Assembly: GCA_964016885.1 (NCBI GenBank)
Contig: OZ024741.1
Coordinates: 82,770,001-82,834,000, forward strand
Reading direction: 5' to 3'
Length of the DNA: 64,000 bases
Source: Eledone cirrhosa
Taxonomy: Eukaryota
This document shows, one piece after another, positions 1 through 12,534 of the stretch. Below the pieces are notes generated by a model that saw nothing but the letters and a program-made list of their open reading frames with translations, was not told the DNA's origin and did no database searches. The translations under genes were made by a program, and so were the position numbers. The stretch's first letter is position 1, and each line of letters starts with the position of its first letter.

Positions 1-409
1 ATATATATTCAATACTATATATTTTCAATCATCCAACAGACTGGCAAACGTATACAGTGCAGCTGAAGGGTAATGACCAATAAACATGTTGATTGTTCCT
101 GAATGCCAGTGTTGAACATTGAAAAATGAACGATGGTTGCTAGACACTACGGCTTAATTCGGGATGTTAGTTTACAAACACACCGAGCATTATAATAAAT
201 GTTCGGTGAATACATACGTACATATATATATATGTGTGCATGTATGTATATATATATATATACATACTACTGTACGTCTGTATACATATATGTATGTACG
301 TATACATACTTATATTTAAGTAACAGCCGTACTAAGAGTTGGAAATGAAATTTCGTTTCATTTTTTCCGTTTATCGTTTTCGGTACCCCGGCCGATTAAC
401 TCACTCGAT

Positions 410-417
410 ATGCAAAT
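410..417 (+). promoter_or_regulatory. Octamer motif ATGCAAAT in the repeat unit (also 36709-36716 and 37173-37180)
   Basis: Exact ATGCAAAT 88 nt upstream of the CTGACGA core in all three complete units. Function is inferred, not shown. Confidence 0.4.
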
Positions 418-491
418 TAGGCTGCTCAATAGTTAATATGCATAAGGAAAGTATATACTTTCAGACGTTCAATCATCTGGCAGGAAGGTAT

Positions 492-534
492 ACGTTGCTG
501 ACGATAGCTAATATGCTTGAAACTAGTACAGCGT
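492..534 (+). ncRNA. Minimal type I hammerhead ribozyme
   Basis: acgttg CTGACGA t-agc taatat gct-t GAAA ctag T A cagcgt. Stem I acgttg/cagcgt, palindromic stem III actagt, predicted GUA site at 528. Confidence 0.8.
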
Positions 535-797
535 TCCTTTGTCAGTGTTGAACAAATGAGCAACGATGGTTGCTAGACACTGTACGGCTTAATTCGGGAT
601 GTTTGTTTACAAACACACCGAGCATTATAATAAATGTTCGGTGAATCCATACGTACATATATATATGTGTGAATGTATGTATATATACATACATACTACT
701 GTACGCCTGTATGCATATATATATGTACGTGTACATACTTATATTTAAGTAACCGCCGTACTAAGAGTGGGAAATGAAATTTCGTTTCATTTTTGCC

Positions 798-888
<91 letters not shown>

Positions 889-958
889 TGTAGAACACTG
901 GAAGGTAATATCCGTAGTGGTAGGGCACTCAGTCTATGGGACGAGTTTAATAAAGTAT

Positions 959-1026
959 TAACACAACAGTTAATTCACCGTACCGAGAGCAATTGTTCTC
1001 GGTATGGGGAACTAGCTGTTGTGTTA
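959..1026. repeat. Imperfect fold-back palindrome centred on CAATTG
   Basis: taacacaacagttaattc-accgtaccgaga-gcaattgt-tctcggtatgg-ggaactagctgttgtgtta. Confidence 0.8.
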
Positions 1027-1093
1027 CAACTTATATATATATATTTACATCTTCCTTTTCTCCCCCCCGCCCCTCTCTCTCTCTTCTACATAT

Positions 1094-1720
1094 TTGTTTG
1101 ATTATATTTTTCTTAAATTGTCTATTTCTCATTTCTAGTTGACATGTTGTTACATTTATTTTGCGAATTACCTCTAGTGTATTTGTTTCATATATTCCTA
1201 TCTATGTTATTTGCTATTGAATTTATATTTTTAATAGCCCGGAATTTGTCCTAATGCTTTCATTACATGCACTATGGCGCGTATCTGTAATTCTTCAGAC
1301 ACGATATTTTCATTATTTCTGTAATATAAATATTAATTGTTAGAGCTTCTTATTTCTGAATGGTGTTTGGCTGCTTTTTCTGCCTATTCACGTCACTTAG
1401 GCAGACCGATGAGCCGGAGTATGTCTGCGATCGATGTGCGTTTTGGCTAATCAATAGAATTGCTTAGAGGTGTGACTTCATATGGATTAAGCTCCCTCTT
1501 GCTGATGATCCTAGCTTACAATTTTGAACTTCACTATTGGAAGGTGAATGATAGTCCTATTGTTATTAAAGAATTATGTGCGAGAGAGTAAACTAGTTAT
1601 TTGGTGTTCCGTGTGTACCATTTGATTATCTGTCTGTTAAACTGTCTATTGGTCATATTTTGTTGATATGTCCTTACATTTATTTTGTGAATTATGTCTA
1701 GTGTATTTGTTTGATATATT
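1094..1720. repeat. Degenerate ~100-bp direct repeat (1094-1200 and 1620-1720)
   Basis: tttgattat...tgtctatt...tacatttattttgYgaatta...tctagtgtatttgtt...atatattc occurs twice. Confidence 0.6.
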
Positions 1721-2314
1721 CAAGCGTCATTTGACGTTTGCTGTAGTATTCAAGAAGATCTGGATAATGTCATCGATTGCCGCATGAATCCATGTGATTT
1801 TACATACGGTAGTAGACTTCATAATCCAGCTCCTCGTGCACACGTCAAACAACGCTTGAAAGTAGTTTATGAATTTTAATTGCAAATCTAATTTCAAGCG
1901 AATATATCTGAATTTTTGTTCGTTTTTCTCTGAGTGTTACTTCTACATCTTTACAAACCTATTTTCAAAATATCAATAAATCGTATAGGGATAATATCGT
2001 GTTTGACATCCGCCTCGACTTTCGAGAAAAAACGATTATTTGTTATATGTTGGCCCTACTGATTAGTGCGAATAACTCTGCTTTTCTTCATGATATTAGC
2101 GGCCCAAAGCAGTGAACATTAGACATATTTACAATGGGGCATCTTGTAAATGGGATCATTGACCTTTCTCCGGCTAGCCTGTCAACATGTGTGATTCTCT
2201 CAATCCCCGCCCCTTTTAATATTCCACCTTCAACATTCTTGTCTCTCTTTACACTCATCTCTACCTCTCTCCTCCACTACTTCTGTTTCAGGTACTCTTA
2301 TATTTGTAATAGTG

Positions 2315-2488
2315 ATTTCTACTTTTGGCACAAGGCCAACAATTACTGGTACTTTATTTTATCGACCACGTAAGGATGAAAGGCAAAGTTAACCTCGATG
2401 GGATTTGAACTTAGACCGTAAAGGGACGTAACTATGCTGCAAAGCATGGCGTCTGATCCTCTACCGATACTGCCAATTCACCGCCCTC
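2315..2488 (-). mobile_element. tRNA-derived SINE (Deu/Nin-like core) with 15-bp TSD
   Basis: Minus strand has a B-box-like gttcaaatccc and the core ctttgcctttcatccttac..ggtcgataaaataaagtaccagt. TSD atatttgtaatagtg at 2300-2314 and 2489-2503. Confidence 0.85.
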
Positions 2489-3356
2489 ATATTTGTAATA
2501 GTGTCTAGCGTTATGGTTCGTAAGGTGAAGTTAACTTTCGAAACCAGAAAATTTAAGTGGGAAGCTCTGCTGACAAATATTTGAATCAATACTCTCGTAA
2601 CTAAGTTAGAAACTGCAACTACAGTGGATAATATCATGCAAGACTGTAAATATTTTCTTAGCTTGAGAGACTTCTCAAATGTTTCCTTAAAACGTTCGAC
2701 ATCAAACTGACTAACCCACCCCACTGGTTCTATGATAATAAGTTATACATCTTAAATTTTGTTTTGTATTTACCTAAAGCTTTACATCACAATTTTTCGT
2801 AGAGACCATCGATATGACGCGTTCCAAACATCACGGTAATGAGAATTTCTTAAATACGATCATAATATGTTTTCTGTAAAACTAGGTTTTATATTTCATT
2901 GGTAAACTTAGTGTTGGTTTCTTGTGAATACAAATTATGGTAACAAATCATGATAATATACATGAGAGATTTAAATATATTCTGAATCTTGATAGATTAA
3001 TAAACAGATCTATTTCGCTACGGTTTCTGAATCTCTAACATAGGAAGGATAATTTTTAGGCTGGTTAATTATGATGGCAGATTCATTAGGGCTTTTGAGA
3101 TATCGGCCATGTAACTGATTCTGAGATGAAGTGCACCCTGCCACGGAAGTTACATGCATTTATTTGAAGTATGCGTTTGTTTGCATGTGAATACCTTTAC
3201 TTTGATGAACACATCTGTAGCATAGTTTTCACTGCTTCATATGTCTGTTCGACATACAATGGGCATGTATATGATCACAGGCTTATATATAATGACATAC
3301 GTTTACGCACACACACACACACACGCCCATATATATATATATGTGTGTTTGTATAT

Positions 3357-3411
3357 GTGACTGATGATCCTGTGAGTACATGAGTGAAACTCGTCTAATA
3401 AGTCCCATCAC
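3357..3411 (+). ncRNA. Degenerate type I hammerhead motif
   Basis: gtga CTGATGA tcctgtgagtacatgagt GAAA ct...ag TC ccatcac. Stems I and II are imperfect. Confidence 0.45.
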
Positions 3412-3518
3412 TTCACAATAACAAAATACATGATCAAACTCAGTATTTAGTACTCATTTTCACGTCCGTCAACTTCACACGGATATATTTATATATGGTT
3501 GTTGTGTGTGTGTGTGTG

Positions 3519-3549
<31 letters not shown>

Positions 3550-3814
3550 CCGTGTGTGTGTGTGTGTGCGCGTGTATGTATTTATGTTTATTCACGAACA
3601 TTTTTTACAATACTTTTTGATCATTCTATCATATATATTTTAATTTCTTATATTTTCTTATATTTTCTAGCATGCGATGCATTATAATACCAGGCATATT
3701 ATATTATTTAGAAAATATCTTGTTCATTATGTTGTACAAATCGCAATATATATATATCATCTTGTAACTACGCATAAGCACATATACCCATATGCGTGCG
3801 CCTATATACATGCG

Positions 3815-3900
<86 letters not shown>

Positions 3901-3944
3901 ATATTAAACATACTACTTATATTTATGTATATATTATACTATAT

Positions 3945-4505
3945 ACAACTATAAACAGGTAAGGTCAGTAATTTATTACTACCTTATTACCAGTAAGACA
4001 AATAGTTCAATGTAAGAACAGCATTTGTTATACAGAGCAGTATTATAGATCTACACAGAAGATATCTCCGCATTGAAACCACCATAATATAGTAACACAC
4101 ATGCTATAAGTGCTTGTATTTTATATGCAACACCCAGCACTCATATATGCTTGATACTTTTGCTTGTTCAATTGTTTTATATGACTAACGCACGTACTGT
4201 CTCTTTAATTTTATTTATCCTAGACGCTCTTGTATTATCTGCCACATGTGCCCCACGAAAAGCTTTTAATTTTAATTTTAATTTTGAATATTATTGTACA
4301 GTTTGACATAATATATGTAGCATCCATCCCACACTGTTGTCCACAATACGTATCTGTATGATTATTCAGCGGAATAGGAGGCTGATTATATGTATAAACA
4401 TTGCTAATAATGCTCCGAAGACTCCAAGCCTAGGCTTAGAAGAAACAATTGTCAGCAATTAAATGTTCTAACATAGCTTTGATTCTTGTTTATTCTATAT
4501 ATACC
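3945..4505 (+). mobile_element. Penelope pLTR-derived fragment related to 42080-42300 and 45360-45450
   Basis: 3947-4050 matches 42083-42185 (ataaacagg.aaggtcagta...agagcagt). 4410-4500 matches 45364-45452. Confidence 0.6.
4409..4460 (+). ncRNA. Minimal hammerhead with variant core CCGAAGA
   Basis: tgct CCGAAGA ctccaagcctaggcttagaa GAAA caattg T C agca. Stem I tgct/agca, palindromic stem III acaattgt, GUC site. Confidence 0.6.
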
Positions 4506-4892
4506 GTGAATTTTTCGACAGCATTTTAAATCACACCTTATATTAAATCATATTCTATAAGAGGCTAATTTTATTGTGATATATATAAAATTATTGTGTA
4601 CACCATGCTTTGTTATGTTCCGTCATATTATATTATATTATATTACATTATATTATATTATGATGTGTGATATATCGTTGCAACATATACACTATATTAT
4701 ATGCTCAAAATGAAATTGTATGTACACTTTATTATTTTTTATTTTATATGTTTTAGTTATTAACATTAGTTTTACTTTCATTATTTCATTGTTCTTTTGC
4801 ATATATTCATTGAACATAGTGATCAATTGTATACTGTGCCACACATTTCTTGTACAAAATGAAATTAGATATGTATATATACTCCAAAATAT

Positions 4893-5105
4893 GATGGTGG
4901 ATTGGTAGAATCAGTATTGCGCCAGACAAAATGTTTTGCAGTACTCATTTTAGCTGTTTATGTTCTGAGTTCAAACACCACCAATCTCAAATTTGACTGT
5001 TTACCTATCTTAGTTCAAAAATAAAGTACTAGTCAAATACTCGGATCGATATAATTGGCCCTTCCCTTTCCTAAAATTCTTAATCTCCTGCCGAAGTTAG
5101 AAACT
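4893..5105 (+). mobile_element. Old, diverged tRNA-derived SINE
   Basis: ggtggattggtagaatc...ttctgagttcaaacacc...ataaagtactagtcaaatact...gatcgatataat. Confidence 0.65.
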
Positions 5106-6442
5106 ATATATATACTCCATAATATTTTGTATTTTGTAACATTATATTGTATTTATTATGTGACTTGTTTATCTTGTTTGTCTAGAACGTTTGACTCTCA
5201 CAATGATGTGCATATAATATATGAAATGCGTGTCAGATATAATAATTTCTGATATTTGTTTCAATTGGATTCGCTATGAGATAAAATCAGTCCGAGGACA
5301 ATTTGATTTCCATTCTTACGAGGTCGTAAAAAGGACCAAGCCTGGTGTCTATTTTTCCTATATATATCATTCACCATCTCACAATCTATCTCTCTCTCGA
5401 ATGTATTATGTGTTCAGATTTACAGAAAAAAGGTCAAAATGTCCAAAACACGCCGTTTGTCGCACCTGAGATTTTAATGGATGTAGACATATCTATACAA
5501 ATATAAATAGAGCCATTTATAATACGTATGTGCATGAAGAAAATCAACCAGTGTTAAGTGTGACGATAGGAGTGCGCAGCCACACAATCCATTCCGCATT
5601 GTTACTACTCTACAGCTTATGCTACAAGCACCGTGTGTATTCATGGCGGTGGAATTGAAGAAATGGCCATACTTCATTATGAAAGAAGCGTACTATGCCC
5701 TAAAATATGTAGGAATAACGACTACTATATTTACCCATGTACAAGTTGCAGACTCTATATTGCATTGAAAAGGTTTCGTACCCGAACGTATATAATTCAC
5801 AATTACATGTAAAATTAGACTACAAAGAGTAGAGCGTTGTTCAAATTGTTTTCACTCATTACTATTCAATTCTTTTCCATAAAGACGATTGATTCAATCT
5901 ATCGTCTGACCATTTTTATAATATGTTTAAAGACCAGACAGTTTCGTCGTTTCATGACCCATCTCACGCTCTCAACAACGATTCTGTCAATTATTGCTGT
6001 TTAACTCATCAATTATATCACATTGTATCGATCTAGCATCTGAAATCATCTCTAACTTGTTTACTGTCGGTTTACAGACAAGACATAGAACAATTCGTCC
6101 TGTCTAAGATTTCATACTTTTAGCAATCTTTTTCTTTCACCCATATAATATAATTTTGCGAGTGGTTCAAAGTTGAAAATAATAGCGAAATTTTTGTTGA
6201 GAGTATACTACGCATCCATTATATTTCTTATTATTATGTTTAAAAAGTACGACTTGAAAACGATTAAAACTATACAGTAGGCATTGCCGTTTAGTCGCAG
6301 AAAATTCGACCACGGAGTATGTAAGATGTACTTGTTTTCATAAAAATAATATTAATAGAGGCACTAGACTAGATAGTGTATGTCACAACACACGAGAACA
6401 AGATGGTGTAGGACAGAACAAAGGAGAGAGACAAAAGAAAAC

Positions 6443-6491
6443 GTAGTCACTGAGGAGATCACAGAATGTGTGACGAAAGAGCTTTGACGAC
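6443..6491 (+). ncRNA. Minimal type I hammerhead motif
   Basis: gtca CTGAGGA gatcac agaatgt gtgac GAAA gagc T T tgac. Stem I gtca/tgac, stem II tcac/gtga. Confidence 0.65.
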
Positions 6492-6583
6492 ATATAAACA
6501 CCCATCCATTTATCGAACCAACCAACCGGAAATTTATAATAAACTGAAGTTTTTATTGGCAGCATTACCCTCCGAATGTATAA

Positions 6584-6702
<119 letters not shown>

Positions 6703-7001
6703 TGCATATATATGTATATATATGTATATATATATGAAAAGACTCAGGATCCCGACTGTTGAACTCCGTCCGTGTCGGCAGCTAGATCCGAATATATGTA
6801 AATATAAACATACATACATACATACATACATACATATCTTAATGCATAAATATATTTATGAAATATATTAATACATACTCATGTTTATATATATCTCCCT
6901 AATCACAAATCAAACGCAGACAGACATATTCCCATATACATCATTAATACGTGCATGCTAGACATACATGCATACAGACATACATACCACATACATACAC
7001 A

Positions 7002-7610
7002 TATGGTGGCTGCCAACTCGTTTTCGAGTACGGCCACTACTTTATATCCATGTAGGAGAACCCCTACCGATGCGCTGAACGAGTGTGACTTTTTAGTCCA
7101 GCCAGCGACTTGAAAACTCTGGTACAAACACTACACTTGCGACAATTATTGACACATAGTGTTGGGCCCATGGTACCATGTGACGACAAGTGCAGAGAGA
7201 TCTCCAGATATAAAGCAATGCCTGTGCCGTGAAGCTTTTATAGTGAGCAAAGGCACTGTACAAAGCCAGTCCAACTCTCTTAACCAAGATGATATTTACC
7301 AAAAAGAAGAACAAGTCAACATCATTGGATACCATCAGGGTTGCAGGTGTTATATCAGAGTTTTCCTTCTCCTAGAATTCTTCCTTTACAAAGGTTAAGG
7401 GATCATCTCTCCCGGTGATTTTGGAAGGCCATTGACTCTTAAGAGCTCCTTTGCCCTTTGACAGGTTTTGTTTTTAGTCCTGCAGGATGTCCAAAGTCAC
7501 CCTCCTCACCAAGAAACTTTGGTGGGGTTGCCAATTTAGTCGCCAATGACCCGACCATGAGACAGGTTGTACTAGGATACATGTTACCAGTAGCACCAAC
7601 TGGTGACCTG
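7002..7610 (-). mobile_element. Bipartite non-autonomous RTE-like element, copy 1
   Basis: Minus strand has the RTE-type 5'UTR motif ctaggagaaggaaaactctga joined to a C2H2-like C-terminus CSVCTRVFKSLAGLKSHTRSAHR*, a short 3'UTR and an (ATGT)n tail. Confidence 0.6.
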
Positions 7611-7656
7611 ACATAACATACATATATACACACATACACACATACATACATACATA

Positions 7657-8256
7657 CATGGTGGCTGCCAACTCGTTTTCGAGTACGGCCACTACTTTAT
7701 ATCCATGTAGGAGAACCCCTACTGATGCGCTGAACGAGTGTGACTTTTTAGTCCAGCCAGCGACTTGAAAACTCTGGTACAAAGACTACACTTGTGACAA
7801 TTATTGACACATAGTGTTGGGCCCATGGTACCATGTGACGACAAGTGCAGAGAGATCTCCAGATATAAAGCAATGCCTGTGCCGTGAAGCTTTTATAGTG
7901 AGCAAAGGCACTGCACAAAGCCAGTCCCACTCTCTTAACCAAGATGATATTTACCAAAAAGAAGAACAAGTCAACATCATTGGATACCATCAGGGTTGCA
8001 GGTGTTATATCAGAGTTTTCCTTCTCCTAGAATTCTGCCTTGACAAAGGCTAAGGGGTCATCTCTCCCGGTGATTTTGGATTGCCATTGACTCTTAAGAG
8101 CTCCTTTGCCCTTTGACAGGTTTTGTTTTTAGTCCTGCAGGATGTCCAAAGTCACCCTCCTCACCGAGAAACCTTGGTGGGGTTGCCAGTTTAGTCACCA
8201 ATGACCCGACCATGAGACAGGTTGTACTGGGATACATGTTACCAGTAGCACCAACT
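7657..8256 (-). mobile_element. Bipartite non-autonomous RTE-like element, copy 2 (tandem, period ~655 bp)
   Basis: Near-identical to 7002-7610, separated by (ATAC)n. The 5' part also occurs at 51615-51745 (+). Confidence 0.6.
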
Positions 8257-8394
8257 ATATATACATACATAAATATACACATATACATACATACATACAT
8301 ACATACATACATACATACATACATACATACATACATACATACATACACACACACAAACATACATACCGCATACATACATACCACACGCATATAT

Positions 8395-8645
8395 ATTTAC
8401 AACGAAGAGTGTTCCACTTCATCCGATCAACGGAACAGCCTATTCGTTAAATTAACGTGCAACTGACTGAACATTCCACAGACACGCGTACCCTTACCGT
8501 GGTTCGTAAGCAGATTCAACGTGACACAGAATGTGACAATGCTGCCAATCGAATTACAGGCACAATTCATTTTCTCCACCTGAGTTGACTGGAGCAACGT
8601 GAAATAAAGTGTCTTGCTCAGGACACAACGCGCTGCAGGGAATCA
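8395..8645 (-). mobile_element. CORE-like SINE fragment (second SINE family)
   Basis: Minus strand gcgttgtgtcctgagcaagacactttatttcacgttgctccagtcaactcag resembles a CORE/MIR-type domain. Confidence 0.6.
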
Positions 8646-9297
8646 CAGAAACAGTAAGAACCCGACTAGTTAGGAATTTAAAAGTACAATCCATTAATAG
8701 ATCAATAAAAATATGTAAAACATTCCAAAAATTCTGCATATAACAACTGCATGTACATATATACAGATACAAAGCATGTTTATATGCGCACATAATTCAA
8801 AACAACCACATCCACACATACAATAACATCAATACACGCACACATATGCATACATGCAGACATGCAGACACATCTACCTAGTTGATGTTGTGTAAATCCC
8901 AATGAGAGAACCTTGTATCTATGTTAGAAACCGCTCTCTCTCTATTAGTAAAAATTTATAAAAGTATAAAACCAGAAGAACATACATATATACATACAAA
9001 AGCATAACACTGATTAGAAAAGTATGATTTGATGGTAAACTGAAACAACCCACACAATGTGACTGTTTGTAAAAATATGACTAAAATAGAAATGTCATAA
9101 CAGAAGGTCTTTCATTTGACAAACAACGTTTTCAAGATCTGATATTTATTTTTTTCTGTTGTCTGTCTTTTTCTTAAATGTTCGTTTGTGGAAAACAATC
9201 AGTTAATAAATACTAAAAGAAATACCAAAAAGTGGCTGCGTAAGTTTTTCTATTTAAATATATCTAAAAAATACAAATATTTTTTGTCTTTCTTTAT

Positions 9298-9792
<495 letters not shown>

Positions 9793-10095
9793 ACCAAAAT
9801 GCATTACTGTATATATGCTTGAAAATATGTAAAGGTATGTATCTCAGCATCTATATATATCCTTCACCCTCTGTTTTTCTTCTCCCTATCTTTCTCCCCC
9901 CATTCTCTCTCTCTCTCCATATATATGAAAGAGAACGTTTGTTGATCAATTATTCGACAACTTGTAGTGTAAACAGACATAAGCACCCTACGACATAGGT
10001 CCCTTAGAATATTAGCTCTAAGGTATCAGGCAGAGTGTCAATATTATAAAGAAGAGAGACAGTTTTCTGTATACATCCTCTGTTTATTATATAAG

Positions 10096-10166
10096 CCTGT
10101 TATGCGCATTTCAATGACATAAAAGTGATTGCATAATAACACTTTCACGTGTTTTCAGCAGACAGG
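10096..10166 (-). ncRNA. Hammerhead motif with mutated core (CTGCTGA)
   Basis: Minus strand: cctgt CTGCTGA ...aaagtg...cacttt... GAAA tgcgca T A acagg. Stem I cctgt/acagg, palindromic stem III atgcgcat. Confidence 0.6.
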
Positions 10167-10204
10167 TGTTAAGTTGTAATATTTTCGATTTCAATATCCT
10201 CGCC

Positions 10205-10282
10205 GTTGCTTGGAACCTGATGATAGCAGTCTAGCCTCTAGTGAGACTATGATTTACAGAACGGTGGCTGTAGGCAAGCAAG
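10205..10282 (+). ncRNA. Degenerate hammerhead motif
   Basis: ttgcttggaac CTGATGA ..agtct..agact.. gattt acag aacggtgg ctgT A ggcaagcaa. The GAAA box is degenerate. Confidence 0.4.
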
Positions 10283-10680
10283 GTGAGAGAGATAGAATTC
10301 TGTATTAAAAATTTGAGATAGGTCATTAGACTAACGTGTCAAATTACTAAGTAGAATAGTCAAAGGATTTACGGGGTTAAAAAATTAGTTTGATATATTT
10401 ATTTATTTATCTGTTTACTTTTTTATAGCTCTTGGCGCCGCTTTCAGACACCAAGAATGTTGGCACGCTTGTTTGTGGTGTATATTGTGGTGAGTGTGTG
10501 TAGTGTTGATAAATGGGGTATACAGAGAATCAATTGACCGTGTGTTCTACGCATAAGAAAAAATTAGCGAATCCGTGCGTTCACACTCACACGCGCACTC
10601 GTACACACACATACATACACTCCCATAGACATCACATATTTGCGCACATAGATTCACAGGTATATACTACAAATATATAA

Positions 10681-10723
<43 letters not shown>

Positions 10724-11342
10724 AAAAAGTATGAACTCGACGGCAGAGCTCTACTACACTAAGTATTGAGTATTCGGGTGCGTTATGGTCCATCTGTTTC
10801 CTTACCACAATTCCTTTATATATATATATATATATATATATTAAGTTCTGGTATATCAAATTATTACCATAGAACCACCTTGAATCATAGACAACCTATA
10901 TATTTCTGGTGGTACCTTGTACCCTTAGACATATTAACTTTATACATTATACTCCGTTACGTAGAGAACAAATCTGTCGTTCTATCTAGCTGCTATTTTT
11001 TTAGTGGCGACTATAGACAACAAGTCTCTGATTTCCCGCCTTCACTTCACACCGGCGTACATACTATTCACTTTTACGACCTTTCAGACCCATGTTAGGT
11101 CATATATTTTATCGTTCCTGAGGCTTTTAACCCTAGGAAAGGAAGATGCTTCTCTGATGATCTTTGTTTTTCCATTAATATCCATGTGATATCTAATGTT
11201 TTGCAATGTTAAACTGTACAGTAAGGGCCATTTGAATATGTAAATACTTATATTATATTTTTTAATTTTGATTAATTTTAATTTTAAATTAATTTTGATT
11301 TATTTTGAAAAATTGGTTGAATTTTACTTGTTCTGCTTATCT

Positions 11343-11391
<49 letters not shown>

Positions 11392-11739
11392 GGGAAGTAA
11401 GGTTCTATACAAAACAGTGGATATAGAGAAAAGGTGAAGTTTTTGGAAATAGGAAATAGCACGGAAAATATATTTAAAGGTCTGTTTTTCTTTTCTGATT
11501 CGTCAATGTGACATTATTGAAAAGATAACAATGAAAAAATGAGAGAGACAATTCTTTTTAAAAAAAATGTTATAATGTATATAAAGTATATGAAGAATTA
11601 CCGGTTTCGGTGTATTGTTAAAATCCATGTTATCAAATGATGAGTATTGAAATAAAAATTAAAAAGAATTAATAAGAGTTTAAAACTAAGGATTTAAAAT
11701 CAAAATCAAATGCTGGACTAAATTTTCTTCCATCCTTCT

Positions 11740-12420
11740 TGCTCAAAATTTGAGCAAGTTAAAGGAGTGGCGATGGTTGTATCAACTATCTATACTTGTA
11801 CATTGCATTCTTAGTGGCAACCCTACGCTCATATGTGATATTCCTATGGAAGCATGTTTTCTGCATAAGACAGTTAACTGGAATCCTGCAGTTACAAATT
11901 TAGTTATCGTGTGTTCCATAATATTTATATCTGTATGTATGGCTGAATATATGTTGCGGGTGAATATAATTATGTATGTTTTTTCTATTATCATTTGTCC
12001 TATCGGGGGCCAAGTTCTGTTGGCTGTATTTTGGGATAGCTTTTTAGTGCATGATAGCTTAATTAATTATCTTGTAGTACTTATGTATTAATTATCTTGT
12101 AGTACCTATGTAATTTGAGGAAACATGTATCTAATGCATTCATGAAACGTTAGGTGATGGTTGTTTTTAGACCCGGTAGAGTGGGGTAGATTATACCATA
12201 AAACAGAACGCGAGCGGATTTTATTCCGTTGTGGACTAGTTTAAATGGGTTTTACATACACGGTGAGGGTTCCGTAACATGAGTGCTACGGTTTGTGGAG
12301 TTGGTGTATGATTTCCCTTTGTATTGTTTTCTTTATCCAGCCTTTCGGTTAAGCTTCTGTTTTTATGCAGTTACTTTGGTGGATTTGAAATGAATATAAC
12401 AGGATTATATATTAAACAGA
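11740..12420 (-). mobile_element. Decayed Penelope-like fragment (linker + GIY-YIG start)
   Basis: Minus-strand translation gives RSRSVLWYNLP and CNCRIPVNCLMQKTCFHRNITYE, homologous to WYNPP and CNCRNRVDCPLSGKCLSSNIVYK in the other Penelope copies here. Confidence 0.75.
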
Positions 12421-12430
12421 GTATGTGTAA

Positions 12431-12530
<100 letters not shown>

Positions 12531-12534
12531 ATTA

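Larger units (their letters stand above)
20..800 (+). repeat. Tandem array 1 of a ~437-nt hammerhead-bearing (retrozyme-like) repeat, about 1.8 units
   Basis: cagtgttgaac...gatggttgctagacac...ccgagcattataataaatgttcgg...gtactaagag recurs at ~107 and ~544. Same family as 36325-37607. Confidence 0.85.

Noticed and set aside
1495-1570. CTGATGA boxes at 1502, 11154 and 20778, and CTGAGGA at 12965
   Set aside because: No compatible GAAA/stem I/stem III arrangement was found.
5560-5810. Cys-rich open stretch (HCYYSTAYATSTVCIHGGG...CPKIC...CTSC) as a host exon
   Set aside because: No recognisable domain and no convincing splice or neighbouring-exon support.
8180-8256. Possible HDV-like ribozyme in the RTE-type 5'UTR (acc tgtctcat ggt..gtca ttgg tgac taaa ctgg)
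   Set aside because: P3- and P4-like helices are visible, but there is no room for a 6-7 bp P1 and P2 is not adjacent to P3. A descriptor search would be needed.
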